DNA of 64,000 nucleotides from Octopus sinensis (lineage: Eukaryota): the NCBI RefSeq assembly GCF_006345805.1, contig NC_043000.1, positions 100,874,001 through 100,938,000 on the forward strand, read 5' to 3'. The notes below the pieces were generated by a model that worked only from the letters and a program-made list of their open reading frames with translations, had not been told where the DNA came from and did not search any database. Shown piece by piece: positions 13,497 through 28,184 of this stretch; positions within the stretch are counted from its first letter, which is position 1, and each line of letters opens with the position of its first letter. A program made the translations under genes and the position numbers.

Positions 13497-14372
13497 TACA
13501 CATTGCTTTTGTCTTTGGTTTGCAAGATTTTTGATGTGAATTCATTTATGTCTTGAGATGGTCATTACACTAATAATAAATGCTTGGGTTCAGTTCCACT
13601 TCTTTGTTGTCAGTCAATTGGTTAAATATTAACCAAATAACTAATCAATTGTTTGTTTAATGTGCTGGTTAAACAATCAGTTGGCTGCTTGTTAGTCAAA
13701 GTTAGTCTTTTGTCACTGTTTGCAACCTTTTCAGCAACTAATTGACTTTTCCTCTCTCTCCAAAGACTGCAAAGTTCCCTCTGTGTGAGAACTGGTCTTA
13801 TGCCTGTGTGCATACATGCTTGTATGTCTGTGTGTAGATCTGTGTCTGCTTAGAAGAAGAGGTAAGAGTGAAAGTAAAAGAAGAGTTTTTATGTGTGTGT
13901 GTGTGTTTGTACATGTGCGTGCTTGTGTGTAATTTTGTGTGTGTGCACCTGTGTGACTCCGTGTATGTGTGTTTGTGGGGTTTGGGGTTTGGGAGGGCTA
14001 CTAGCCTTCCATGTCCCCTTTAAGGGTTCGGCCTTTTGTTCTAGGTCAGTTTAACTTCAATTCTACTGAAGACTTACGGGTGTAGAGTGTAGTTCTTTAT
14101 ATGGGGAGGGAAGGGAAGAACAGGGTAGGTGTGTGTGTGTATGTGCAAATGGTCTTTTATCTAAGTGCATTCCAACATGTTTGCATGCATATCTGCTTGT
14201 GCATGTGGTGTGATGGTTTTTTTTTTGAATAGGTAAAGCATCTGTGTATATGCTTGCATGTGTGCATTTTTGTGTATATGTATGTGTTCCTGTATATGTG
14301 TATGTGTTCCTGTATGTGTGTATGTGTTCCTGTATGTTTGTACATGAGTACACATGGAGCTTGTGTATGTAT

Positions 14373-14421
<49 letters not shown>

Positions 14422-16360
14422 GTGTTGTTTGTTCTTGTGTTCCTGTGTGTGTGAATTTATGTGTGTATGTGTATGCATGTCCATCTGTGTGTGTGCTTTG
14501 ATACTTATGGTTGTGTGTGGTTATGTGTTGGAACTCTTCATACATAAATGTATTTAATCATATCTTGTATCCTTCTGCCATTTTCCTGTCTTAACAATAT
14601 CTAGGCATGGATATAGATAAGACAGAGAAAATGTTTATAAGATCTAAACATAACTATACGATGTATGTATGTATTTATTTGTGTGGATTCCCTGATATCC
14701 TTATGTCTTTTTCCCAACCTTATCTATATTTAGGTATAGATTATTAAAAAAATATAAATAAAATCTTATAAGAACTGGTACAGAAGTACACATGATAATA
14801 CAAACTTTGACAGAAATAAAATGAAAGTGCTTAAAATAGAATTAAGTGAAGTAAGAATTAAAAATTCAAATAAAAAATTCAATTTTCTTAAATTTCACAA
14901 CATTATTGATGTCTTTGTCTTCAATGTTGTTGTCACTATCATCATCATCATCATCGGCAGTGGCAGCAGCAGCCGTCCAAGAATTTGAGCCTGGAGATCT
15001 CCGTTTCCAGCGGCTTCAAGGGCCACCTCCTAGTGGTGTCAGGCATCAACGAAGAGCCCTCGACTACATCAAGACGACCAAAGTTTTTTTTTCCAAGGTC
15101 TGGGGTCTCCAGCCCCTAATCCCTAGAACATTACCTAATCACCCTTACCGGTCTTGTTGCTTAACAACAACAACAACAACAACAGCAGCAGCAGTGGCAG
15201 TGGCAGAGGCAGTTGTAATAGTATTATCATCAGCAGGCCTCTCATCACTATATCATCATTTACAACCTCATTGTCAACGTCCCTACCACCACCACCACCA
15301 CCACCACCACAGTCACCACTGCTACCACTAGCACCTCTACCACCACCATCATCACTGCCACTGATTCCTCTACCACCACTGCTGGCTCCACCACAGCAAC
15401 ACTGTCACCAACACCACCACCACCGACACTGGTCACCACTACTACCACCGCCACCAGTCACCACTACCACTGCCATCAGCATCACTGCCACTGTCGCTAC
15501 CACGTTCACCACTGCTACTAGTTCTATCACAATCACACTACCACCATGACTGTAATTATTATGAATGTTTTGTAATCTTTTTTCTCCTGCTACATCACAT
15601 GATAGATTTTTAAAGATTGACTTTAATGAAGATTATAGAGACAGAGAGAGGTAAAGGATGAGAGAGAGAGAGAGAGAGAGAGGGAGACAGACAGAGACAT
15701 GCAAACAGACAGAATTGAAATGGCATCTACAAATCTCAAATATACCCAAGAACACGTATACAAACAAATATTTTAATCTTCAGGTTTTCTACTGGTTTCA
15801 GCCATTTCAGCGTGGACATGTTAGTGCAATGTCATGACAATTCCATTGACCACTGCATTAAGTCAGGTACTTTATACAAGCAAATCTATTTATTGGATGG
15901 CTAAGTCCTTCTTGGGCATAAAGGGTTACACCAATTTACCTCAGTCCCCATCACACACACACACACACGCACTCACAAGTATTGCTGTACTAGTGCAGGC
16001 TTGGCTGTGTGGTTAAGACTGTCTCCCATTCATATGGTTTTTGGTTCAGTCCACTACTTGGACAATGCCTATATCCATATATAAATGTATATGTGTATGT
16101 GTGTGTGTGTATAGTAAAATTTTATGTGTATTGTATAGGGAGTAGTTTGAAGTCCTCAGATAAAAGTCCAAGATGCAAAATATAAAAAATGTTATGGAGA
16201 ATTTTAAAAGGGTCAACAATTTATATAAACATGTATTCTGCTATGGATCAATGTATATCAGTTTTTTCAAATATACAATCATTAGAATATTTTTAAAATA
16301 TTAAAAATCCACAAATATATAAATATATAAAATCTAATATATATATATATAAAACTGAGA

Positions 16361-16397
<37 letters not shown>

Positions 16398-16773
16398 TGC
16401 ACCACTGAAACTTGAGATAAACCCAACTTGAGATATATTCAAATTTTACACATACCTAACTTAGGGTCCATACAGTGCCATGCACCAAATAACTTTGAAC
16501 TTCTTGCCTAAATGCAAGCCTAGAGCAATCTCTTATCTCTTACACTATTTCAATATGAGTCAGAAGTGAAACAATAACACCTCTATTACAATGTTAGATA
16601 ATACTTTCAGTTTTAATAGTTTTACTAATAATACTGAAGCTATTATATCACTTACATATATTATTATGGCTGCCCCCTTGTTATCGAGTATGGCCAGTGC
16701 ACGAAGCTTAACTGTTACTGGTGTTGTGATCGAATGTGACTTTTTAGCCCAGCTAAAGATCTACAATATACAT

Positions 16774-16819
<46 letters not shown>

Positions 16820-17368
16820 ATGTATACATTGCTATTTTCTTCCGGTGAGACAAGGTTCTAAATTTTTTTAGCAAATAAAATAATTTGCTAGGCGAAGTTT
16901 GCATTGGTGACCACACCATAATACCAACATATAATTAAGGGATGATTAACACATGTCTCTTCGTTATAAATTATAATTTTTCAAATTCACCATGCAAGCG
17001 CAGCTTCATTCAACAGCAAATGAATAACTGCCGAATTAATCTTTTAAAAATTGCTAAAAACATATACGTAAAATATATATAGGGTAGTGAGATTTTTAGA
17101 AATTTCAGTACCTTTCATTCTTTTGGGAGCGATAAATTAAGTGCCAGTTGTGTACTGGGGTCGATCTAATCAACTGGACCCCTCTCCAAAAATTTCGGGC
17201 CTTATGCCTAGAGTAGAAGAGAATATACTCATTGATATAACTATAGATGTATGCGTAAAATTACATACAGACATACTCCTGAATGGTGTTAAAATTTTTA
17301 TTCACCTGAAGGAAACAAACATTTTCATGATGTAATCGATTTGTTTATCAATAAAAAACACAACTGTG

Positions 17369-18722
<1,354 letters not shown>

Positions 18723-18754
18723 TATATATCTATATATATGGGTAAAGAGTAAAG

Positions 18755-18955
18755 ACACCCTTCGGTTATGAATGACCATACGATGGCATCAAGAAAGTTA
18801 TCCTCTGAGGCACAAATCTGGGCAAGGTTATTAATGAAAGACCAGCAGTTGCCCATGCATACCAACCTCCCCTCTCCATGCCACTGATGTCATCCAAAGG
18901 AAAGGCAAATGCTGTTACAGCTTGGCACCAATGATCACAACTCTTTTCTACAGAT
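18755..18955 (-). mobile_element. SINE family E, 3' part
   Basis: gaatgacca...gcacaaatctgggcaaggtt...gaccagcagttgcccatgcatacc matches 39880-40155. Confidence 0.65.
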
Positions 18956-19298
18956 GAGTTTCAGGAACAATAGTGGTTTATTGATGTTGAAGGTTGTAAA
19001 TTTTTCTCATATCAAAGTGGCTAGTAGAGTAATGTAAGCACTGACAGAAACATATCTTTAGCTCATAGAAGTGATTTATACCAGTCTGTATAGTTTGAAC
19101 ATTTAGTTCACCTTGCACTTTACTTCAATAGAGGAATCTACTTCCAAGCCTTTGAATATTTTTTCAACCAATATATCCCTCTTTATTGTTCTCTACTTAT
19201 TATTTCTTTATCCCTTCTCTTCCTATGGTCTGCCTTTGACGTCAGATCTACTAATGGCTTTTTAAAAAATACTTAATAGCATTCTGTTTATCATTTAT

Positions 19299-19477
19299 GC
19301 AGTCATCGAAATTGTTATAATGTCTTGTTGTTGAGATAGGTTCTCTTTCTTTCCTGATGAGAAGATTACATTATTTTACACCATTTATTCCTTTGGAATA
19401 AAACCAATGTTATCTTCGAAACATACGTTGAAAATAAAAGAGTTTGAATAACACCTGCGTTCAACTCCATTTATTTA
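19299..19477 (+). mobile_element. Decayed solitary arm of the foldback family at 47172-47689
   Basis: Colinear with 47495-47685: gcagtcatc...tttcctgatgagaag...ttattcctt...aacata.gt.ga.aataaa...cgttcaactccatt. Confidence 0.65.
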
Positions 19478-19519
19478 CTTATATATATATATATACACAT
19501 ACACACACTGTATATAAGT

Positions 19520-19790
19520 GCAGACAGCTGTGCTGTAAGAAGTTTACTTCTCAGGTTCAGTTCAACTGTGTTGCACCTTAGACAAATGTTCTCTTCTATA
19601 GACCCAGGAGAACCAAAGCCTTGTTAGTGGATTTTGCAGACAGAAATTGAAAGAAGTGTATCTATGTGTGCATGTCTTTATGCTTATGCTTATCACCCAC
19701 AAATGCTTGACTACTGGTGTTGGTTTGTTTATGTTCTTGTAACATAGTGGTTCAGCAAAAAGAGAGTGATGAAATAAGTTGCAGGCTAGC
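19520..19790 (+). mobile_element. SINE family A, decayed
   Basis: Degenerate family A head and core. Confidence 0.65.
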
Positions 19791-20039
19791 AGACAGATGG
19801 ATGGTCACTATAACATAAAGAATGGACAGGCAGTTGTTAATGGCATCAAAGCATTTACGAAATATTCGATTTTTTATTTCATTTTATTTTCATTAGTTTG
19901 ATTGATACAGTCCTTTATTTCAAGCTGGATTTTAGATATTCAGCCTGGTCTAACCTGAGCATTAATTGCCTGTATCTACAATATACATCCCTGTGTCTGA
20001 CTCATGCAAGCTTGGAGATGTAGACATTAAATGATGGCG

Positions 20040-20352
20040 ATGATATATTTATAGATACGTAAAAAGCAGCATCCAAACGTGGCAGATGCCAGCACCGCCT
20101 GACTGATGTCAGTGTTGGTGACACGTAAAAGCACCAACCGATCATGGCTGTTTGCTAGCCTCCTCTGGCCCCTGTGCCGGTGGCACATAAAAAGCACCCA
20201 CTACACTCACGGAGTGGTTGGCGTTAGGAAGGGCATCCAGCTGTAGAAACACTACCAGATCAGACTGGAGTCTGGTGCAGCCTCCTGGCTTCCCAGACCC
20301 CTGTCGATCCGTCCATGCTAGCATAGAAAACAGATGTTAAACGATGATGATG

Positions 20353-20384
<32 letters not shown>

Positions 20385-20700
20385 GATGATACATACAAGT
20401 GTAGTTGTTCTTGCATAAAGGCTGTTCTCTGCATCCCTCTTCAGCTGAGCATTTCTAACCTTATGAGCTTGTAGGTGCTGGTGTCACATAAATGCACCCA
20501 CGCCAATACTGCATAAAAGCACCCAGTGCACACTGTAAAGTGGTTGGCATTCGGAAGGGCATCCAGCCATAGAAAACATCCTAAAAGGAGACATGTGTGG
20601 AGCCTGGGCAGTGTTACAGCTGACCAGCTCCCGTCAACCCATCCAACCCATGCCAGTATGGAAAACAGATGTTAAATGATGATGTTGATGACAATGACGT
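20040..20700 (+). mobile_element. Two tandem family D elements (~20040-20390 and ~20470-20700)
   Basis: Each has ggttggc.tt.ggaagggcatccagc and a gatgttaaa(GAT)n tail. Confidence 0.75.
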
Positions 20701-21152
20701 GTGTATATGTGTACATGTGTGTGTATTTTTGTGTGCATGTGCTTTAGGAAAGAGAGAAAGAGAGAGAGTTAAAGAGTGGTGAAATTCTTGAAAGCTGAGA
20801 TGTCTCAATTCTCAGTTCAGCTTCAATGTTTACTAATGATCTATCTGCCTATGTATATATATATATATATATATATATAAGCTTTACTTATCTATCAATT
20901 TGTAACTACCCACACAAACTCAAAATATATATATGTATACATATGTGTGTGTGTGCATGTGAATGTGTGTGTGTGCATATAAATATATATATGTATATAA
21001 TATGTGTATATATATATACATAAATGTGTATATACATATACATATACATGTATGCATACGTATACATACATGTACATATGTGTGTGTGTGTGCAGATATA
21101 TACACATATATATGTGTATATTATATATATATACATGTGTGTCTACTTATGC

Positions 21153-21222
<70 letters not shown>

Positions 21223-21412
21223 AGACATATATATGCATATCTATTTGTTTTTCTGTTTACTTATCTCTCTGTACACATTTGTCAACATTTTTAAAGCACA
21301 CACAAACTCTCACACACATTCACACACACATACCTATGCAGTTTCATGTCCATTAATAATATGTGTATAAATATATATATATATATGTATATATATGTTG
21401 TGTGTGTGTGTA

Positions 21413-21455
<43 letters not shown>

Positions 21456-21719
21456 ATCAGTACATAACCTTAACCAAAAAGTTTTTAAAAAATACTTTTT
21501 CTGGTTTAATCAATTACCGACTATCAATAGATAGAAGATACATTGAGATGTATCAGACAGTTTCTTTAAAAGGTTGCACTGGTTTGACATTTACTATTGC
21601 TCCTATAATTATTTTCATCTGTTCTTTTAGACTATCAATTAAAACATATTGACATGCAAACTAGAATCAGACGTGTCAAATGAGCAAGGATTGTCTTTAA
21701 AATCCAGTGAGGGAAATAT

Positions 21720-22300
21720 TGATCCAGCAAGGGGAGCCCTTGAGTTAGTATGGGGTACTTTTAAAAGCCAGCAATGTAAGTGTTGAGTTAGTGAAAGAAG
21801 TCTTGAAAGAATGTGAGTAGCTTTGAGTCTGTGAGGGTGAACTACTGAGCTAGTGAGGGTAGCGTTTAGCCAGTGAGAAGAATCTTGAGCCTGTGAGAGT
21901 TTCGACCCATTGTGGGAGAACTTGAGCTAGGGAGAGAAGCTTTCAGGATGTGAGAAGAGTTTTGAGATAACAAAGGGAGTGTTGATTGAATAAGGAGAAC
22001 TATGATATACTGAAGTGGGGTCTTTAACCAGGGATAGAAGTGTTGAATTGGTAAGTGGTGGTCTGAGCCAGTGATGAGAATGTTGAGCCAGTGAGAGAAG
22101 TTTAGAGAGAGTGAGGAAGCCTGAAGCTATTTTGGAGATTGTTTAGAAGGAAGAGAGAGTATCCTTGGACCAATGAGGAAACTTTTGAGTCAGTGAATGG
22201 AAGATTGAGTTAGTGTGAGGAGCCTTCAGGTAATGAGGAGAACATGAACTGGTGAGGGAAGACTTCATATGGCAGAGCCGATTTGGTGAGGAGATCCTTA
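21720..22300. repeat. Old degenerate ~20-bp purine-rich minisatellite
   Basis: Recurrent units approximating ttgagccagtgagragaa (e.g. gttgagttagtgaaagaagt, cttgagctagggagagaagc, gttgagccagtgagagaagt). Confidence 0.6.
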
Positions 22301-22369
22301 AGAGTTTCCAAAAGCTAGTGAAAAGAGGTTAAACATCTGTAAAAGGAGCTTTTACATGCTGTAGGAGCA

Positions 22370-23090
22370 TGCATCTTTGATTAGCCAATGTAGAGTTGTG
22401 GGATTTTAAAGCATCATATAACTTGCTGCAGTTGTCAAACATAAAGGTTAGCATTCACAGCCTGACCATCTAGAACAAGCTCAAAGTACATCATCCCTTC
22501 AAAATTCTTCCAAACACATTACCTGACCTTCTGTTCAAAACTGCCCTTGTCTGACAACAGCTTTTGGAGCCTGACTGAAATGAAGCTACTGACTTCTCTG
22601 ATTAGGTTTACGAAAACAGATCCATTTTTCATCCCCAATTATAATTTGATGCCAAAATCAGGCATCTTGAGGATTTGCTGGTAGTTGATTGCAGGTGTTC
22701 ACACGTTATTGCGATTGGGTCAGTTCATGAGGAACTTCTCAAAAGCATCTGTTCACTAGACTGAACTTATGTACATGTCAATAGATGATGCTTTGTGAAG
22801 GACCAAGTTCTGCTGACAATGGACATGAGCTTGTGCTCTTGTACTTGACGGTTGTTCAAGTAAGACTCATCTTCTACAACAGAAAGTCTCCTTGACCTTG
22901 ATTTGTCTTCGAGACTGGTGTCACCTTCCTTGAAACATCTAAAACAGTATTGTGCCACACATTTGTTAACAGTTCCTATGTTTTCCACAGTGTTAATTTC
23001 TTTTGCCACTGTTCTGGAGCTCAGTCCTTTTTCTTTCCACTGGTAGCTTCAAATGGCTCTTGTTGCAATTTTTTCACCGCACATTATCAA
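22370..23090 (-). pseudogene. Mariner transposase remnant (N-terminal two thirds)
   Basis: EINTVENIGTVNKCVAQYCFRCFKEGDTSLEDKSRS, IIGDEKW and KVR*CVWKNFEGMMYFELV on the minus strand. Confidence 0.8.
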
Positions 23091-23434
23091 AGCTGTAAAA
23101 TAGAGAATAGAAAGTTATTGTTCATATGTTATATATGAAATATATGAAATAAAGAAAAACAAACCATTCAGCAATGACTAGACGACAAATTGTATCAAAT
23201 TTATGATATAACATGGAGATACAAGTTCCCAAATATCATCAAAGAAAATCAAAAAAAAACTTTGACTCAGCCTGGTGTGTGTGTGTATGTGTTTGCATAT
23301 AAGACAGGCTTCTCTCATTTTCTATTTGCCATTAAATTTCTCATATAAGTCATTGATCAATTTCTCAACCGTCATAGAAGACAGTGTACACAGAACAGTA
23401 ATGAACGCTAAACCATACAAAGTTCTTACCTATA

Positions 23435-23830
23435 GGTGCAGAAGTGGCTGTATGGTAAGTAGCTTGCTTACCAATCACATGGTTCCGGGTTCAGTCCCAC
23501 TGCATGGCACCTTGAGCAAGTGTCTTCTACTATAGCTTTGGGCCGACCAAAGCCTTGTGAGTGGATTTGGTAGACAGAAACTGAAAGAAGCCTGTCGTAT
23601 ATATATGTGTGTGTGTGTGTTTGTGTGTCTCTGTTTGTCAACGCAACATCGCTTGACAACCGATGCTGGTGTGTTTACGTCCCCGTCACTTAGCAGTTCG
23701 GCAAGAGAGACCGATAGAATGAGTACTAGGCTTACAAAGAATAAGTCCTGGGGTTGATTTGCTCGACTAAAGGTGGTGCCCCAGCATGGTCGCAGTCAAA
23801 TGACTGAAACAAATAAAAGAATAAAAACAA
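23435..23830 (+). mobile_element. SINE family A, well preserved
   Basis: Complete head, core, internal (TG)n and tail. Confidence 0.9.
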
Positions 23831-23844
23831 AAGAATACACCCTA

Positions 23845-24070
23845 GCCTATATTTAATTAAATTCAGTAAAAATTGATTTCAAAATCATAGACCATTTTCT
23901 TGGTCGATTCTATTGTTCTGTTGATGGAAATATCTCCAGGATTGAAGTGAAAAACTTCTATTTTTGCTGTTTTTTCTTTCTTTTTTGTTTTCTTTCTTTC
24001 TTTCTTTTTTTTTTTTTTGCTTTCCTTATAACAGATACAAAATCTTTCAAAACAATATTTTATCCAAGAA
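23845..24070 (-). pseudogene. Possible decayed leucine-rich-repeat coding remnant
   Basis: Manual translation gives KILYL and SFSLQSWRYFHQQNNRIDQ (LxxLxxLxLxxNxI-like) in broken frames. Confidence 0.3.
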
Positions 24071-24310
24071 TATCTGTTTTTATTGTTTATTGTTTCAGTC
24101 ATTGAACTGCAGCCATGCTTGAGTAATGCCTTGAAAATCAACTCTAGTAATTATTTTTTTAGGCTTGGTGTTATTTTATCAGTCTCTTTTGCCAAGCTGC
24201 TAGGTTTAGGGGATATAAACTATCCAATACCAGTCATTAAACAGTGGTGGGGGACAAACACAAAAATACTTGCAAAGACACATACATGCACACATATATA
24301 CATACATACA

Positions 24311-24343
<33 letters not shown>

Positions 24344-24489
24344 TATGTTAGTTTAGAGGGATATATAGATACTTTTGTAACTCTCGTTTAGGTTCCAGGT
24401 TATGGAACATAACTGCAGAGAAAATTATGCCTGGTTGCATCTACAACTGTCTATATCCTGTGCAGTCGAAACACATATAGGTAATAATG

Positions 24490-24790
24490 TGGAGGGACAT
24501 GGCCTAGTGGTTAGAGCAGCGGACTCCCGGTCGAGGGATCACAGGTTCGAATCTTAGATTGGACGATGTGTGTGTTTATGAGCGAAACACCTCAGCTCCA
24601 CGAGGCTCTGGCAGAAGATAATGGCGAACTTCTGCTGACTCTTTCGCCACAGCTTTCTCTCACTCTTTCCTCCTGCATCTTGCAGCTCACATGCGACGGA
24701 CCAGCGTCCCATCCAGGTGGGGAACCTATATGCCAAGGAAACCGGGAAACTGGCCCTTATGAGCCAGGCATGGCTCGAGAAGGAACAAGC
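24490..24790 (+). mobile_element. SINE family C, intact
   Basis: A box TGGCCTAGTGG, B box GGTTCGAATC, colinear with 11165-11605. Confidence 0.8.
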
Positions 24791-25099
24791 ATATAGGTCA
24801 TAATAACTATAAATATATGCTGTATGAAATTATAAAATAAAAGGAAATAAATTTTGAGGACGAACAAATCTCCATATTCTATATTGTTATAATTATTGCT
24901 ATTATATATATATGTTTGTGTGTGTGTGTGTGTGTATGATGAGCTTCTTTTAGTTTCCATTTATGAAATTCACTCACTAGGTTTGGGTTAGCTTGGGGCT
25001 ATAGTAGAAGACACTTGCCCAAAATGACAAAGAGTGGGACTGAACCCAGAACGATGTGGATGAAAAGCAAACTTGTTACCACACAGCCATACTTGCACC

Positions 25100-26212
25100 T
25101 GACACTTTGTTATTTTATATTTTATACTTCCCTGATTATTATTGTATTATTTTTATTAATCTCAATTTGGATTATACTCCTTGCTTGAAACCCCATAAAA
25201 ATTTTTACGGCTTATCGTTTTATACCTGGGATGAAAACAAATATATGATGTTTTGTATCAAGGATATTCTAATACAATAAAAATTGATAAAACATCAAAT
25301 TTTACAAAACAGAAAAAAAGATTAAAAGATATTTTAAAAACATTATCTACACTCATTCTCCTTCTGTTTTGGACTGTAACTAATGAATTTCTAATTTAAT
25401 ATTTTCAGAAAAAAAAATTTGAATTAGAATTTTTATTTTGATTAGCCAGTAGTACAAGGTTAAATTTTATCTGTTCTGAACCAAATTTCAACATCATTAT
25501 AAAAAGTAGCGATGATGCCTTTTTATATTCTATTTATTTTTCTATTTTACCTCGTTGGGGAATAAAAATTTGAAAGACAAAATATTAAAATTTGATAGAT
25601 TATATAATAATATAAGCTTTGTTTCTTTAGTATTTTGTGTTTGCTTCTCACTAACATAATTTTTTAAGTATCAAAAATTTTTCATTTTTTTAAAACAAAA
25701 CCAGTGGAAATAATGAATATTGACCCAGTGAACTGGATTGATTTCAGCTACAAATCTTTCTAATTTTTTTACTATTTCATATTTTCTGATGATAAAATTT
25801 GTCATTTATCTGTTACCTTCACATACACAGAAATAAAAAAAAAAAAATTTTTTTAAATCATCTTGAAAAATTTTCAGATTGGAAAGTTTGGAGTTTTCTG
25901 CAATTATACCAACATAATCCTCAAGTGCTATTAGTATTCTTAATTATTTGGCCTTATTTTCAGGAAATTAAGGTTGCAAATTAGCTGTCTGACTTTTAAA
26001 TGTCCCAGTGCTTATGTGCGTAATTTCGAAGGCTGTTTTTGGTTCAATGCATAGTGTCTGACTTTTAAATGTCCAAATGAATATATTGGTAATTTTGATA
26101 ACTATTTCTGGTTCAATGCATAGCATCTGACATCTAAAAACACTTGCAAGCTGAACCAGAACTAAAATTATATTGATGATTAAGGAGGAAGTTAAAATTG
26201 TTAATGAGGCCA
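25100..26212 (-). pseudogene. Possible decayed signal-peptide + LRR gene remnant containing a 69-bp tandem duplication
   Basis: MASLTILTSSLIINIILVLVQLASVFRC is followed by ITNIFIWTF / ITHISTGTF. Downstream broken frames give KLSNLKIF and KTISRKNFYGVS. The 69-bp units are at 25986-26054 and 26055-26123. Confidence 0.3.
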
Positions 26213-26734
26213 TGCATATTTAATGAACTTTGTTGGTTATGAGCCAATGAAGGACTTTCTCGGTGGTCATTGAACCACCTAGAAATGGCAGTCAAGTCTC
26301 CTTCTCTCCCACAATACACTTTACTTTTTCATTAAAAGGGCACATTGGATTGTGCTTTCTGAGATATATTTATTCCATAAGAGAAAGTGGTATGATCTTA
26401 ATTGAAATAACCTTTGATCCTAGACTGAATTTTTTGCTCTACTAAATTAGGGTTGACCTGAGGATAAACAACAAAAACAACAGCAAAACAACATCTTTCA
26501 TGGTTATAACTTTTTGTTAGAGAGTAGTGCAACGGAGGACAGTGGGTAGTGGGTAGAGTGAGGGAGTAAGAAGCTGATAAGAAACTATATACAATATAAA
26601 CTATAAAAGAGAAGACTTGAACACAGTTGTGTATTTAATTAAACAAACACTTACACACACAGGCACACTCACACTCACACACATGTATACATACATAAGT
26701 ATACATATGTATATATATAAAACTCAACTCTGTC

Positions 26735-27090
26735 CATCACGAATGACCATGGGTGCACCTAAGAGGTTCCCTTCCAGGATACGTGTCTGGGCAGAAAGTT
26801 GCCTCACCAGTGAATGCGCAACCTAGGGTTGTTTTTATGTTAGACGAGCAGTCACCCATGCATACCAGTTTCCTCTTTCCACACCACTGATGTTATCTAA
26901 AGGAAACACAAAGGCCGATACAGCTTGGCACCAGTGATGTCACAACTCATTTTTACAGCTGAGTGAACTGGAGCAATGAGTAATAAAGTGTATTGCCCAA
27001 GAACACAACACACAGCCCAGTCTGGGAATCAAACTCACAACCGCATGATCATAGGCTCAACGCTCTAACCTCTGAACCATACGCCTTCAC
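26735..27090 (-). mobile_element. SINE family E, full length
   Basis: Minus-strand head gtgaaggcgtatggttcagaggttagagcg...gagtttgattccc, then tgttcttgggcaatacactttatt. Confidence 0.8.
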
Positions 27091-27120
27091 ATACATATAT
27101 ATACATGTAATATATATATA

Positions 27121-27186
<66 letters not shown>

Positions 27187-27280
27187 AGGATAAGATCATT
27201 AATTTAAATATCAATCTTATCAAGTGGCCAGCATGGGAATAAAAACCTTCAAAGGTTATAATTATTATTAAAATTATAAT

Positions 27281-28115
27281 TTAGAGAAACTAGCTTTTGC
27301 ATGTGAAAGGTCCACAGGTACAATAAACATTGAAAATGGGAAAAAAACAGATTCCATCAACTGCCAGTAGGGCAAGCTAGAGGCAGTAGATAGCTTCTGT
27401 TATCTAGGTAACCAAGTTAGTAGTAGAGGTGGATGCTCTGAGAGCATAGCTGTGAGAAGAAGATTAGGCTGGAAAAAGTTTAGAGAGCTTCTACTTCTGC
27501 TGGCAACAAAGGGCCTCTGTCTCAGAGGGAAAAGCAGATTGTATGATGCCTGTGTGTGAACGACTATGCTACATAGCAATGAAACATTGGCAGTGATATT
27601 GTTGCACCTTTAATGTGTCCAAAGCTTACACCAGGTGCATCTTATGAAGTTTCTACCTATGCCTTTTCTACAGATTGAGTAGGGTCATCTACCTGGAGGT
27701 ATTTGTGATTTGTCTGCCTTCCTACTTACTAAAACTTCGGTTTTTGCTAAGTTAACTCGAAGGCCCTTCAATTCTAGACCTTGCTTCCATACCTGGAACT
27801 TCTTCTTTAGTTCTGGTAGTGATTTGGCCATAAGAGCAAGATCATCAGCATAGAGGAACTCCCAGTGGCAGCCTGTCTTCAATTCCTCAGTTATTGCCTG
27901 GAGGACTATGATGAACAAGAGGGGGCTGAACACTGGTCCTTGGTGAATCTCTACTTCCACCCTGAATTCTTTGCTGTACTCATTGCTAACCTTCACCTTA
28001 CTAGTAGCATCCCTGTACATAGCTTCTGCAGCTTTCACCAACCACTCATCTATGCCTTTTTTCTGCATTGACCACCAGATAAGGGATCGGGGGGACCCTT
28101 TCTAAAGCTTTCTGG
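27281..28115. mobile_element. RTE LINE RT fragment with an internal inversion
   Basis: 27591-28115 (minus) encodes ...HQGPVFSPLLF...LYADDLAL...VNLAKTEVLV. 27281-27596 (plus) encodes the next part, DSFCYLGNQVS...GWKKFRELL. Confidence 0.85.
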
Positions 28116-28184
28116 TACTAGCAAGACTAAGAAGCACTTTGACTGAGTGGGGCTTCAATGAAAAGAGAGTCGGTTTTATGTTTA

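Noticed and set aside
19385-19420. LRR-like word EDNIGFIPK on the minus strand
   Set aside because: It lies inside the decayed foldback arm, so it is a chance match. It shows the false-positive risk in the LRR finding.
21480-23430. Hydrophobic minus-strand fragments (IFGNLY, LLNGLFFFI, YLLSID) hinting at an LRR-GPCR 7TM region
   Set aside because: Too short, in inconsistent frames, and not distinguishable from chance by eye.
24490-24570. tRNA-like sequence
   Set aside because: It is a SINE head continuing into SINE body and has no complete acceptor stem. The same applies to the other A/B-box hits.
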